64,000 bases of DNA from Polyangiaceae bacterium. Lineage in GTDB: Bacteria > Myxococcota_A > Polyangia > Polyangiales > Polyangiaceae. Shown in pieces: positions 18,654 to 28,681 of the stretch. A program made the translations under genes and the position numbers. The first letter of the stretch is position 1. Each line of letters opens with the position of its first letter. The stretch lies in contig JBILLK010000003.1 in assembly GCA_044376115.1 (NCBI GenBank), forward strand, positions 352,001 through 416,000, written 5' to 3'. Under the pieces are notes generated by a model. It was not told the DNA's origin and did no database searches. It saw nothing but the letters and a program-made list of their open reading frames with translations.

Positions 18654-18673
18654 AATAGTACGGTCGGTCTATT
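18654..18673. promoter_or_regulatory. Putative TetR autoregulatory operator
   Basis: AATAGTACGGTCGGTCTATT, imperfect palindrome (14/20) just upstream of the tetR ATG. Confidence 0.65.
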
Positions 18674-18742
18674 TTGCAAGCTGGCTCGTGGGCCCCCGTG
18701 TTCTTTGCGTTGGTTCGTTGGGGCCGCCCTACACTAAGCCTC

Positions 18743-19501
18743 GTGAATTGCCCGAACTGCCGTAGCGCCCTCGAGGAATGCAACGTCGCCGGCGTGGCCT
18801 TCCAACACTGTCGGGCGTGTGAGGGAACGCTGGTGGCGCGCAGTGCAGTGCGGGCGCTGCGTTCGGTCGATGCAGGGCTGCACCCTGCGCTGCATGAACC
18901 GCAGACGGCTCCGACCGGCAATGAGCCGAAGATTCACGATTGCCCCAAGTGCGGGAAGCCGATGCTCAGCTACATGTTCGGCGGTGGGCACACGCGCGCT
19001 GAGTCGTGCGACGCCTGCGCGCTGGTCTTCTTCGAGCGCGGCGAGTTGGCGGCCGTGCTCGAGGAAGCGCGCTCGGGCATCAAGCTCGACGAGACCACGC
19101 GCACGCGCTTGCACGGCCATCAGGTGCTGTGGACCTGGGACCGCTTTGCACGCGCCGATACCGCCGTGATCGTCGCAGCGCTGATCGGCTTGGCGGGCTT
19201 CGTCCAAATGACTCGCCGCGGCCGAACCGATATCTTCCTGGCCGCCGCGATCAGCCTGCTGCTCTACGCCGTTTACCGCTGGCGAGCCGAGCGAGCGCGC
19301 ACGGCCGCGGCCGAACAGCTCAACCGCTTGGTCGCGTCGGAAGCAGCGAGCTCTGCTGCCGCAAAAGCCCCAGCGGGGCCGTGGGCGCCTTCGGCTGGCC
19401 CGGTTGCGCCCAAGGCGAAGCCGCGCCTGTGTGCCTTCTGCCGAGCCGCTTTGCCCCCGAACTCGAGTCATTGCGGCGTGTGCGACAGCGACTTTGGTTG
19501 A
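18743..19501 (+). CDS. zf-TFIIB-like zinc-ribbon membrane protein
   Basis: CPNC..CRAC and CPKC..CDAC zinc ribbons, two TM helices, C-terminal CAFC..CGVC. Confidence 0.75.
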   Translation: MNCPNCRSALEECNVAGVAFQHCRACEGTLVARSAVRALRSVDAGLHPALHEPQTAPTGNEPKIHDCPKCGKPMLSYMFGGGHTRAESCDACALVFFERGELAAVLEEARSGIKLDETTRTRLHGHQVLWTWDRFARADTAVIVAALIGLAGFVQMTRRGRTDIFLAAAISLLLYAVYRWRAERARTAAAEQLNRLVASEAASSAAAKAPAGPWAPSAGPVAPKAKPRLCAFCRAALPPNSSHCGVCDSDFG

Positions 19502-19520
19502 GATGCTCACGACAACGCGC

Positions 19521-19556
19521 AAAGGCAAAACGCCACCGGCTTTGGGGCGGTGGCGT
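19521..19556 (-). terminator. Intrinsic terminator of mglBA
   Basis: ACGCCACCG/CGGTGGCGT stem followed on the minus strand by TTTGCCTTT. Confidence 0.7.
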
Positions 19557-19600
19557 CTCGTCAACTCGCAGCCGGCGCGTTGCCGGCAAAAGCGTGAGCT

Positions 19601-20191
19601 TTACGGCCCACCCTTGCGCAGCTCGGTAAGCACGAGCTTGGCCACCTGCTTCAAGGTCTCGAACACGCCTTGTCCCGAACGGGCACACGCCCCGAAGTCC
19701 GGTACGTTCGTCGGGTTGAGCAGCTCGCGCAGCTCCTCCTCGGTGGCGATGTCGGGCATATCGCGCTTGTTGTACTGCATGACGAAGGGAATCTTGTCGA
19801 GCGAGTAGCCTTGCTCGGCGAGGTTCGTTCGAAGATTCTCGAGCGACTCTTGATTCGCCTCCATGCGCGCGATCTGACTATCAGCAACGAAGACGACACC
19901 GTCCACGCCCTTCAAGATCAGCTTGCGGCTAGCGTCGTAGAAGACCTGTCCGGGAACCGTATAGAGGTAAAAGCGCGTTTTGAAACCGCGGATCTCTCCA
20001 AGGGCGAGCGGCAGGAAGTCGAAGAACAACGTTCGGTCGGTTTCCGTAGCCAGGCTGATCATCTTGCCTTTGGCGTCCGGATTAGTGCGCTCGTAGATGT
20101 ACTGAAGGTTCGTCGTTTTCCCGCACAGACCGGGACCGTAATAGACGATCTTGCAGTTGATCTCGCGCGCCATCAAATTGATGAAGCTCAT
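19601..20191 (-). CDS. mglA: Gliding-motility polarity GTPase MglA
   Basis: MSFIN...[22 protein letters not shown]...[10 protein letters not shown]...TVPGQVFY...YNKRD. Confidence 0.97.
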   Translation of the reverse strand: MSFINLMAREINCKIVYYGPGLCGKTTNLQYIYERTNPDAKGKMISLATETDRTLFFDFLPLALGEIRGFKTRFYLYTVPGQVFYDASRKLILKGVDGVVFVADSQIARMEANQESLENLRTNLAEQGYSLDKIPFVMQYNKRDMPDIATEEELRELLNPTNVPDFGACARSGQGVFETLKQVAKLVLTELRKGGP

Positions 20192-20202
20192 GCGCGCGCT
20201 CC

Positions 20203-20685
20203 TCAGTCGTTAAACAGGTTGTCGATATCCTCGTCGGTGATTTCCGCGAACGGAGAGTCACCACCCGGTTCCTGCACCTTCTTGAGGAGCAGCTCGAAGA
20301 TGTGATTCAGCTCCTCACTTGCCTTCTTCACGCGAAGCCTGACGAGACCAAGGCTCGACTTCGCATCGAAGATGACCACGAGGATGACGCGATTACCGAC
20401 CAGCGTGATGTACACGTTGGCCTTCTCACCCTCGTGAAACTGCGTGGCGAACTCATTCTCCTTGAGGAGCTTGGCCATCCCACCCGTGGCAGCAATGTTG
20501 CCTGCCGTGAGAGAAGCCAACGAAGTCGTATCCAAGTGTTCGACATCACCACTCGCAGCAATGAGCTGACCATTTTTGTCGACAATGAACACGCTCTTCG
20601 CGTTCGCGCTCTTGACGAGGTGGTCAACCACAGACTGAATCTGGTTGAACTCTTCCTCGTACATGACCATCTGAGGATTGACCAT
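20203..20685 (-). CDS. mglB: MglA GTPase-activating protein MglB (roadblock domain)
   Basis: VMYEEEF...[18 protein letters not shown]...[10 protein letters not shown]...[23 protein letters not shown]. Confidence 0.95.
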   Translation of the reverse strand: MVNPQMVMYEEEFNQIQSVVDHLVKSANAKSVFIVDKNGQLIAASGDVEHLDTTSLASLTAGNIAATGGMAKLLKENEFATQFHEGEKANVYITLVGNRVILVVIFDAKSSLGLVRLRVKKASEELNHIFELLLKKVQEPGGDSPFAEITDEDIDNLFND

Positions 20686-20822
20686 CCATCCCTCCGGCGC
20701 GCATCGAAGCGCGCAACACAAGCAATCAGAAAACTGGCTTTCGTTCTATCCGATGAAAGGCCAGTGCGGCAAGCGCCGTCCGGTGTTGACCCGAAGTCCC
20801 TGCCAAGCAACAAGATCGGCCC

Positions 20823-23800
20823 ATGGACCGAAGGCCGCAAATCAGGAAAGGGCTGGGGTGGGCATTCGCCTCCCTTGTGGTTGGCGGAGGGCTCTACTTT
20901 GTCCCAGAAACCGCGGTTTTAGCCCAGGTACCCCAGGCTCAGACGAGTTCCGAGCTGGCAGAAGTGGCCCGCCTACGGGATGCGGCGGCCGCCTCCCCGG
21001 TGCCCCACGCTGATTTAAAGCGTTTGTTTGGTCTTTGGGATCAGGCGGACCCGGATCAGGTGGAGACGGCTTTGCTTCAAGCGGAGAAGTCGGTCTCGGT
21101 GCAAAGCGGGGCCAAAGCCTATGCCAGCATCCTGCTGGCGGAGGCGCGCGTTCGGCGCGGCGACCGCTCCGCGGCGGCCGCTCGGGTCGCCAAACTCGGA
21201 TTCGTCGATGAATGGCTGTTCGTCGGGCCCTTCGATGATGAGGGCCGGGTCGGCATCGGCACCAACTTTCAACCGGAGAGCGAGCTTTCTGCGCCGATCG
21301 TGTTCGGCCGATCCTTCGATGGCAAAGAGCGTCCGGTTCGCTGGCGAGCGGGCCCTACCGACGGTGGAGCGGTGTTCGACTTCGGCGCTTTCGTGCGGCC
21401 GCGTGAGGAAGCCTGCGGGTTTGCGACCTCGTTTCTCCGGCTCGATCAGGAAAAAGGCGAAAAGAACCTGAGCGTTTGGGTCGGTTGGGAAGGGGCCTTC
21501 AAGTTGTGGTGGAACGGCGAGCAAGTGCTCGAGGACCAGGCGCATCGTGAGTTCGATTTCGACCGCATGGCGACCAACGTGACCGCCGTCAGCGGCTGGA
21601 ATCGCATCACGATGAAAGTGTGCGCCAGCTCGTCACCGCGCTTCTCGGTGCGCATCGCCGATGAACGCGGCAACCCGCTCCGCTTCGAATCCAAGAATGA
21701 TCCGTTGCTTAGCGAGACCAAGATCGAGAAGGCGAAGGCCAAGCCGAAGGCCGTGGTCCGCGGACCGCTGCAGGTCTTCGAGGGCTTGACCAAGGTCGAC
21801 AAACCCAAGGCCAAGGATCTCGAGGCCTTCTCGCGTTATCTCTCCGCTACGGCTGGTAACCCTGTGTCGGAGCATCGCTCGCGCGATCTCGCGACCAAGG
21901 CGGCCGAGCTCGAGCCGACCTGGGAACGCAACCTGCTCGCGGCCGAGCTCGCCGAGGATCGCAACCAAGCTGCTCGCTTCGTCGACAAGGCCGAGGCGCT
22001 GGCGAAAGGGGACTTGCGTGGGGAGGTTCAAGTGCTGCTGCTCAAGGCGGCCCTCGCGCGCAGCTCGGTCAATTTCCGCGACGCGACGCCGTTCTACGAA
22101 GCGGTGCTGCGGCTTGATCCGACCAACCTCGTCGCCACGCTCGGTCGCGTTGAGCTGTTCATGCAAGCGGGTTTGCCGCGCACCGCCCTCGGCATCATCG
22201 AGAAGGCGGTGGAGCGCTCTCCTCGCCGCATCTCGTTCTTGCGCGTGCTTGCTGGCCAACTGCGCGCCGTTGGTCGTGACACCGAGGCTGACGCCGTGGA
22301 CGCTCGCTGGTTTGCGCTGCGCTCGGAAGATGCGTCTTTTCTCTCGCGGCAGGTTGAAAAGGCGGTGCTGCGCGAGGACAACGTCGCTGCTGAACGTTGG
22401 ATCGAAAGGCTGCTGCAGGCGGAGCCGGATCTGGCGTTTGGGCGCATCCGAGCTGCGCGCGCCTACCGCTCGATGGGGATGAAGTTCAAAGCCAAAGCAG
22501 CGCTCGAGGCGATCTTGGAGTCGGCGCCCGAAGAGACGAGCGCGCTACGCATGCTCGCCGATATCGCTGGAGAAGAAGGCGAGCGGCCGGTGCAGCTGCG
22601 CTACTTGCAGCGCATCTTGGCCAATAACCCGCAGGACAAGGCCACCCGCGAGTACGTGGAGATGCTCGCTCCGCAAAAGCCGCGCGCCGACGAGGCCTTC
22701 GCTTGGGACGCGGCGACCATCGCTGAGAAGGCCAAGCTGCCGTTCGGAAAGGGTGGGCGCTTGCGTCATTTGCGCCGGCTCACCGTGGCCACGGTGTTCG
22801 AAAATGGGCTGTCCAATCGCTTTCACCAGGTGGTGTTCCAGCCGCTGACCGATGAAGCGGCGGCGGAGGCTCGGCAGTTCTTCACCTCGTATGAAGGAGC
22901 CCGGCAGGCGATCGATCTGCGTTTGGCGCGCGTGTATCGCGCCGATGGCAGCGTAGCCGAGTCGATCGAGAGCGGCGAGGGCGCTGCGAACAACCCCGCG
23001 ACCGCGATGTACACCTCGGTGCGTACCTTCTTCGTCTCCTTTCCACGGCTATCGCCGGGGGACATCGTGGAGGTTCGGTATCGCATCGACGACGTGACGG
23101 TGAAGAACGATCTCAAAGACTCCTTCTACGACACCGAGTTCGTGCAAGAGCGAGACCCCGTGCTCGAGAGCGAGTTCGTGTTGGTTTCGCCCAAGTCCAA
23201 GGCCTTGACGACGTTCGTCGCCAACGTCCCGCAGATGAAGGTCGAGAGCAGCGAAGCGGGCGAGCAACGGACGCAGAGCTTCAAGGTGACCGAACTCGCA
23301 GGCTTGACGCCCGAGCCCGCTCAGCCGCCGGCCTCGGAGATCATCGGTCAGGTTCACGTCTCCTCGTTCAAGTCGTGGGAGGAGGTCGGCAGCTTCTATT
23401 GGAACCTCGCGAAGGACCAATTCGATATCGATGAAGAAGTGCGTAAGCGCACTGCCGAGATCGCCAAGACGCACAAGGATGAGCTGTCGCGGGTGAAGGC
23501 CGTCTATCGCTACGCGACCGAGCTCCGTTATGTGGCGCTCGAGTTCGGTATCGAGGGCATCAAGCCGCGTCGCTGTGCGCTGACCATCGCGCGCGGTTGG
23601 GGCGATTGCAAAGACAAGGCGACCGTGATCGTGACCATGTTGCGCGAGCTCGGGATTCCCTCCACGTTGGTCTTGGTGCGCACCGGAATGCGGGGGGATT
23701 TGCCGATGGGCGCGCCTCCCAGCCTGGCCGTCTTCGACCATGCGATCGCCTATGTTCCGTCCTTGGATCTGTACCTGGACGGTACCGCCGAAGGCAGCGG

Positions 23801-24533
23801 CTCGAGCGAGTTCCCAGCGATGGATCGCGGCTCGGTGGCGCTGCAGATCAACGAAGGCAAGGCCAAGCTCGTGCGTCTGCCGAACGCAGGTCCCGAGGCG
23901 TCACCGCATGAGCGTAAGTTCGATATTTCGCTGGCGTCCGATGGCTCGGCGACCTTCGTTGCCGAGTCGACGGTGGCTGGAGTGAACGCGCCTTCTTGGC
24001 GTGCGCGTTATGCACCGGCCGGCACGCGTAAAGACCGTGCAGCTCAAGACTTCTCCGGCTTCCTGGGGCCGATCGATCTGACGAAGGACGCGAGCGTCAC
24101 GGTGAAAGACGTTACTGACGTCGAGAAGCCGTTCAACGTGATGGTGCGTGGAAAGGCCTCGGCCATCGCACGCCGCGAGGGCGAGCTGCTCAGCACCGTG
24201 GTCGCGAGCTCGCTCGAGTTCGGTCGTGGGCTGGTAGCGCCCTCGAGCCGCCAAACCGAACTCGTGGTGGGCGCGCTGTCGCAGTCGATCGAGAAACGCA
24301 CGTTCAAACTGCCCGCCGGCGCCAAGGTCGAGCGACTGCCGCAAGCCACCAAGGTGGACTCGGCCTTCGGTTCGGTCTCGGTGGAGGTCAGCTCGGAGGG
24401 GGGGAAGGTAACGGTCACGAGCAAGCTGTCGCTGACCAAATCTCGGATCAAACCGGCTGAGTACGCCGCCTTCCGGGACTTCTGCTTGAAGGCCGACGAG
24501 GCCCTCTCGCAGCGCTTGGTTTACCGCCCGTGA
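20823..24533 (+). CDS. Secreted TPR + DUF3857 + transglutaminase-like domain protein
   Basis: Signal peptide, W.FVGPFD beta domain, TPR-like helices, FPRLSPGDIVE (DUF3857), triad motifs GDCKDKA / FDHAI / YLDGT. Confidence 0.85.
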   Translation: MDRRPQIRKGLGWAFASLVVGGGLYFVPETAVLAQVPQAQTSSELAEVARLRDAAAASPVPHADLKRLFGLWDQADPDQVETALLQAEKSVSVQSGAKAYASILLAEARVRRGDRSAAAARVAKLGFVDEWLFVGPFDDEGRVGIGTNFQPESELSAPIVFGRSFDGKERPVRWRAGPTDGGAVFDFGAFVRPREEACGFATSFLRLDQEKGEKNLSVWVGWEGAFKLWWNGEQVLEDQAHREFDFDRMATNVTAVSGWNRITMKVCASSSPRFSVRIADERGNPLRFESKNDPLLSETKIEKAKAKPKAVVRGPLQVFEGLTKVDKPKAKDLEAFSRYLSATAGNPVSEHRSRDLATKAAELEPTWERNLLAAELAEDRNQAARFVDKAEALAKGDLRGEVQVLLLKAALARSSVNFRDATPFYEAVLRLDPTNLVATLGRVELFMQAGLPRTALGIIEKAVERSPRRISFLRVLAGQLRAVGRDTEADAVDARWFALRSEDASFLSRQVEKAVLREDNVAAERWIERLLQAEPDLAFGRIRAARAYRSMGMKFKAKAALEAILESAPEETSALRMLADIAGEEGERPVQLRYLQRILANNPQDKATREYVEMLAPQKPRADEAFAWDAATIAEKAKLPFGKGGRLRHLRRLTVATVFENGLSNRFHQVVFQPLTDEAAAEARQFFTSYEGARQAIDLRLARVYRADGSVAESIESGEGAANNPATAMYTSVRTFFVSFPRLSPGDIVEVRYRIDDVTVKNDLKDSFYDTEFVQERDPVLESEFVLVSPKSKALTTFVANVPQMKVESSEAGEQRTQSFKVTELAGLTPEPAQPPASEIIGQVHVSSFKSWEEVGSFYWNLAKDQFDIDEEVRKRTAEIAKTHKDELSRVKAVYRYATELRYVALEFGIEGIKPRRCALTIARGWGDCKDKATVIVTMLRELGIPSTLVLVRTGMRGDLPMGAPPSLAVFDHAIAYVPSLDLYLDGTAEGSGSSEFPAMDRGSVALQINEGKAKLVRLPNAGPEASPHERKFDISLASDGSATFVAESTVAGVNAPSWRARYAPAGTRKDRAAQDFSGFLGPIDLTKDASVTVKDVTDVEKPFNVMVRGKASAIARREGELLSTVVASSLEFGRGLVAPSSRQTELVVGALSQSIEKRTFKLPAGAKVERLPQATKVDSAFGSVSVEVSSEGGKVTVTSKLSLTKSRIKPAEYAAFRDFCLKADEALSQRLVYRP

Positions 24534-24600
24534 GTGCGCCCCTAGCGTAGCTCCTGGGAGCAGTCTTTACAGTGGGAACTCCCTCGGCTAGCCCTTCCGC

Positions 24601-25260
24601 ATGCAACAGCCTCCCGGCGGCTACGGCCCCCCTCCCGGTCCCGGTTATGGTCCTCCCCCCGGCGCTCCCGGTGGATATGGTCCTCCTCCCGGCGCCCCTC
24701 CCGGCGGTGGTTACGGTGCTCCTCCCGGCGGACCGCCTGGTTACGGCCCTCCGCCGGGCCCTCCGGGGTACGGTCCTCCCGGTTATGGACCTCCGCCCGG
24801 TTACGGTGGGCCGCCCCCGAAGAAGGGCCTCTCTGTGTGGGCCTATCTCGGCATCGGTGCACTTGTCCTGTTCGGTGGTTGCGTCGCGGTTTGCGCCGTT
24901 GGCGTGAATCAGGCCGGCAAAGAGGCCAAAAAGGAGAAGGAAGCGTTTGACGACGCCAAGTCGATGAAGGTCACGGCCGATGAACTCACCGAGGCCTACG
25001 AGAAGAACGAGGTCTCGGCGGACGAGAAGTACAAGGGCAAGAAGATCGAAATCACGGGCGTGATCGAACGCATCGATTCGGGCTTCAACGATGAGCCGCA
25101 GATCGTACTCAAGGCCAAGAACTTCATTGGCGTGCGCTGTGAAGGGCTTTCCAAAAAAGACGCAGGCAAGCTGGAGAAGGGTTCGGAGATAACCCTGGTC
25201 TGTAAAGGTGACGGCGAGATCATTGGGTCGCCGCAACTGAAGGACTGCAAGCAGAAGTAG
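24601..25260 (+). CDS. Membrane protein with Pro/Gly/Tyr-repeat N-terminus and tRNA_anti-like OB fold
   Basis: (PPGGYG)n-like repeats, one TM helix, VTADELTEAYEKNEVSADEKYKGKKIEITG motif. Confidence 0.8.
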   Translation: MQQPPGGYGPPPGPGYGPPPGAPGGYGPPPGAPPGGGYGAPPGGPPGYGPPPGPPGYGPPGYGPPPGYGGPPPKKGLSVWAYLGIGALVLFGGCVAVCAVGVNQAGKEAKKEKEAFDDAKSMKVTADELTEAYEKNEVSADEKYKGKKIEITGVIERIDSGFNDEPQIVLKAKNFIGVRCEGLSKKDAGKLEKGSEITLVCKGDGEIIGSPQLKDCKQK

Positions 25261-25313
25261 CTCGGCCGATCACCGCAGCCTATTGACCGGATTCTCGTGC
25301 TATCGACGATCGG

Positions 25314-26759
25314 GTGAGCGAACACTTCGACGTGATCATCGTGGGCGCTGGTCTCTCCGGCATCGGCGCTGCCTACCACCTGCAGCAGAAGTGCCCGCAG
25401 CGGTCCTTTGCAATTCTTGAGGGCCGCGCGGAGAGCGGTGGCACTTGGGATCTGTTCCGGTATCCCGGCATCCGCTCCGACTCCGACATGTTCACGTTGG
25501 GGTACGCCTTCAAGCCGTGGAAGGAGCAAAAGGCGATCGCCGATGGCCCTTCGATTTTGCGCTACATCCGCGAGACGGCTCGCGAGAACGGCATTGAATC
25601 GAAGATCCGCTATCGGCATCGAGCGATCAGCGCCTCCTGGTCGAGCGCCGAGGCAAAGTGGACGCTCACCATCGAGCGCGGAGAGGCCAAGGAGCTCGTC
25701 ACGCTGACGTGCAACTTCCTGTTCTCGTGTACCGGCTACTACAACTACGACGAGGGCTATTCGCCTGAGTTTCCCGGCCGAGAGCGCTTCCAGGGCACCG
25801 TGGTGCATCCGCAACATTGGCCCCAAGATCTCGATTACGCCGGCAAGCGAGTGATCGTGATCGGCAGCGGAGCAACGGCGGTGACGCTGGTTCCGGAGAT
25901 GGCGAAGCAGGCCGCCCACGTGACCATGTTGCAGCGGTCTCCGACGTACATCCTCTCGCGGCCAGGTGAAGACGCGATCGCCAACTGGCTGCGTGAGCGG
26001 CTCCCCGCGCAAACGGCGTATGACGTCACGCGTTGGAAGAACGTGCTCGGCTCGATGGTGCTGTATCAACTATCGCGCAAACGGCCCGAGAAAATGAAGG
26101 CGTGGCTGACCGGCCTCGTGAAGAAGGAGCTGCCCGACGCCGACATCGGCAAGGACTTCACGCCCAGCTACAACCCTTGGGATCAGCGCCTTTGCCTCGT
26201 TCCCGACAGTGATTTGTTTGCGTCCATCCGTGAGCAGCGGGCTTCGGTGGTCACGGGCCGCATCAAGACCTTTACCGAACAAGGGATCGAGCTCGAGTCA
26301 GGGGAGCAGCTCGAGGCGGATGTCATCGTCACGGCGACCGGGCTCAAGCTGTTGTTTCTCGGCAACATGAAGCTGACCGTGGACGGGCAGGCGGTCGAGG
26401 CTTCGAAGACGATGAACTACAAGGGGACGATGTTCAGCGACGTGCCCAACCTCGCTTGCACCTTCGGCTACACCAACGCCTCGTGGACGCTCAAAGCCGA
26501 TCTGACGGCGGACTTCATCTGCCGCGTCCTCAACCACATGAGCAAGACCGGCACGCGCTCGTGCACCCCGCGTCGGCTCGACCCTGAGCTGCATGAAGAG
26601 CCGTTCGTGGATTTCAGCTCCGGCTACGTGCAGCGTGCCGCGGCCGAGCTGCCCAAGCAGGGCTCGAAGCGGCCGTGGAAGCTGTACCAAAACTACGCGC
26701 TCGATATCCTGACGCTGCGGTTTGGCAAGGTCGCCGACGACGTGCTCGAGTTCCGCTGA
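25314..26759 (+). CDS. EthA-like FAD-dependent (Baeyer-Villiger-type) monooxygenase
   Basis: GAGLSG, GGTWDLFRYPGIRSDSD, FQGTVVHPQHW, IGSGATA, YNPWDQRLC. Confidence 0.93.
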   Translation: MSEHFDVIIVGAGLSGIGAAYHLQQKCPQRSFAILEGRAESGGTWDLFRYPGIRSDSDMFTLGYAFKPWKEQKAIADGPSILRYIRETARENGIESKIRYRHRAISASWSSAEAKWTLTIERGEAKELVTLTCNFLFSCTGYYNYDEGYSPEFPGRERFQGTVVHPQHWPQDLDYAGKRVIVIGSGATAVTLVPEMAKQAAHVTMLQRSPTYILSRPGEDAIANWLRERLPAQTAYDVTRWKNVLGSMVLYQLSRKRPEKMKAWLTGLVKKELPDADIGKDFTPSYNPWDQRLCLVPDSDLFASIREQRASVVTGRIKTFTEQGIELESGEQLEADVIVTATGLKLLFLGNMKLTVDGQAVEASKTMNYKGTMFSDVPNLACTFGYTNASWTLKADLTADFICRVLNHMSKTGTRSCTPRRLDPELHEEPFVDFSSGYVQRAAAELPKQGSKRPWKLYQNYALDILTLRFGKVADDVLEFR

Positions 26760-26773
26760 GCGCTGGCGACGCG

Positions 26774-27361
26774 TCATTCGTGGTGGGGGGCCTTGCCGTT
26801 GGCTAGCCCTTCCACAAACGCTGCGATTCGCTTCTGCCGACCTGCTTCGGTCTTGAGCGAGTTCAGGCGAAAGGCCATGGCGAAGCGGCTCACCTTGCTT
26901 AGGGAAGCGAGGGTTGCTGCGGCCTTGGCGTTCTTTGCAATGGCGGCCAGCAGATCGGCTGGGAGTTCCATCTTGCTCTGACCCGCGTAGGCGTTATCCC
27001 AGCGCCCATCTCGTTTGGCCGCCTCCACGTGCTTGCGCCCATGATCGTTCATGCGGCCCTCGCGCTCGAGCCGCGCCACGTGCTCGCGATTGATCTGGCT
27101 CCACACGCTCTTGGCTCTGCGCGGCGTGAAGCGCTGCAAGAAGGACTGCTGGTCGAACGACTTCTTCAACCCGTCGATCCACCCCCAACAAAGCGCAACA
27201 TCGAGCGCCTCTGCATAGCTGACGGTGGGCAGCCCCGAGCCCTTCTTGTGCACCTTGAGCCATAGCTCCGTCTCGCGATCATGGTTTTGCGCGAGCCAGC
27301 GCTCGAACGACGGCGCGTCGGGGAAGGAGAGCGTCTTGTTCGGATCGGGAACGATGGGCAT
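26774..27361 (-). CDS. YdeI/OmpD-associated family protein
   Basis: ALCWGWIDG, RFTPRRAKSVWSQIN, DGRWDNAY. Confidence 0.9.
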   Translation of the reverse strand: MPIVPDPNKTLSFPDAPSFERWLAQNHDRETELWLKVHKKGSGLPTVSYAEALDVALCWGWIDGLKKSFDQQSFLQRFTPRRAKSVWSQINREHVARLEREGRMNDHGRKHVEAAKRDGRWDNAYAGQSKMELPADLLAAIAKNAKAAATLASLSKVSRFAMAFRLNSLKTEAGRQKRIAAFVEGLANGKAPHHE

Positions 27362-27438
27362 CCCCTTAGAACTAGCGCTGGTTTCCCTCGCTTTCGAGAC
27401 CCTTGCCATTCCGGGCGAAGGTCGGGATAGTGCTCGCC

Positions 27439-28365
27439 ATGTTGGACGTTTCGACGGGACTACTGGGGACGATGTTGGGCAGTGCGTTCGGCAAGGGCAA
27501 AGGTCCTGGCATCGGGACCGTGGCTGCCGGAGCCGCTGGCGTGGCCGCTGTTGGTGGTCTCAGCTACTTGGCCTACCAACATTTCACGAACAAGCCAGGT
27601 GCTGCTGGTCCCATGGGTGGACCTGCAGGAGCGCCCGGAGCTCCGGGGGCGCCCGGCGGCGGTTTCATGGACAACATCGTGGGTCGCTCGGACGGCCTGC
27701 AAACCAGCGGTTTCAGCGTGCCCGGGTACGAGTGGCAAACCGGCGGAGGCCAGGCCGCACAGCCGCAGCAGTCGTACCAGCAGCAGCCGTACCAGCAGCA
27801 GCCGTACCAGCAGCAGCCTGGTTACCAGCAGCAACCGCAGCAACCGTACGCGCAGCAGCCGTACCAGCAACAGCCGGCTCAGCCGTACCAGCAGCAGCCT
27901 GGTTACCAGCAGCAACCGCAGCAACCCCAAGCGCAACCCGCGCAAGGCTGGGGTTCCCCAGCGCAGCCGGCTGCCGCTGCGGCTCCCGTAGCAGCTGCAC
28001 CCGAGCAACCGCACCAAGCTCTGCTGCTCGTGCGAGCGATGATTGCGGCGGCCTTCGCTGATGGCGTGCTGGATGAGAAGGAGCGCGCTGACATCCTCGG
28101 TCGGCTCGAGCAAGCTGGCGTCACCCCGGAAGAGCGCAACCTCTTCTTGGCCGAGATGAACTCGCCGAAGCCGGTCACGTTGCTCACCTCCGAGGTGAAT
28201 TCGCCCGAGCTCGCCGAGCAGTTCTACATCGTCAGCGCGTTGGCCATCAACGCGGATACGCCCGCGGAGAAGGGCCATTTGATGATGCTTCCCACCTTGC
28301 TCAGGCTCTCCCCCGCGCAGGTCGACGCCATCCACCAGAAGACGGGGATTCCGAGGCCCGCCTGA
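27439..28365 (+). CDS. DUF533 (TerB-like) protein with Gln/Pro/Tyr low-complexity linker
   Basis: GGLSYLAYQ N-terminal segment; LLVRAMIAAAFADGVLDEKER C-terminal domain. Confidence 0.85.
   Translation: MLDVSTGLLGTMLGSAFGKGKGPGIGTVAAGAAGVAAVGGLSYLAYQHFTNKPGAAGPMGGPAGAPGAPGAPGGGFMDNIVGRSDGLQTSGFSVPGYEWQTGGGQAAQPQQSYQQQPYQQQPYQQQPGYQQQPQQPYAQQPYQQQPAQPYQQQPGYQQQPQQPQAQPAQGWGSPAQPAAAAAPVAAAPEQPHQALLLVRAMIAAAFADGVLDEKERADILGRLEQAGVTPEERNLFLAEMNSPKPVTLLTSEVNSPELAEQFYIVSALAINADTPAEKGHLMMLPTLLRLSPAQVDAIHQKTGIPRPA
27760..27930 (+). repeat. Intragenic (QQQPY)n repeat with an exact 47-bp duplication
   Basis: CAGCCGTACCAGCAGCAGCCTGGTTACCAGCAGCAACCGCAGCAACC at 27799-27845 and 27880-27926. Confidence 0.9.
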
Positions 28366-28366
28366 A

Positions 28367-28681
28367 ATGGCCAAGCCGAAACGCGCACGTACCGTGAGGC
28401 GGGCCGTGGACTCGGACGTTCGCAAGTTCCGCGAGCACGCCGTCAAGGTCTACGCGTTCGAAGCTGGAGGCTCGCCGGCCAAGCCGATCGTGATCGGTGG
28501 TGCGTCGCAAATCGAAGCGGATGCTGAAGGCCTCGCTTGCCCTTTTTGCCGAGCGACGATGCGTGTTTCGGCTCATGACGCGATTGAAGAAGAAGGGCGG
28601 CGCTTGCGCAGGGTGTCGCTGATCTGTCGCGGTTGCCACACGCCGTGGCAGCGCTTTTACACGCTTGCGGTGCTCAACTGA
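28367..28681 (+). CDS. Small basic putative zinc-binding protein
   Basis: CPFC...CRGC; starts 1 nt after the upstream stop, and its own stop overlaps the next ATG. Confidence 0.7.
   Translation: MAKPKRARTVRRAVDSDVRKFREHAVKVYAFEAGGSPAKPIVIGGASQIEADAEGLACPFCRATMRVSAHDAIEEEGRRLRRVSLICRGCHTPWQRFYTLAVLN

Noticed and set aside
19601..20191. MglA sequence differences (RFYLY instead of the RFHLY I recall from Myxococcus)
   Set aside because: The P-loop, catalytic Arg, PGQ and NKRD motifs are intact, so this is ordinary divergence.
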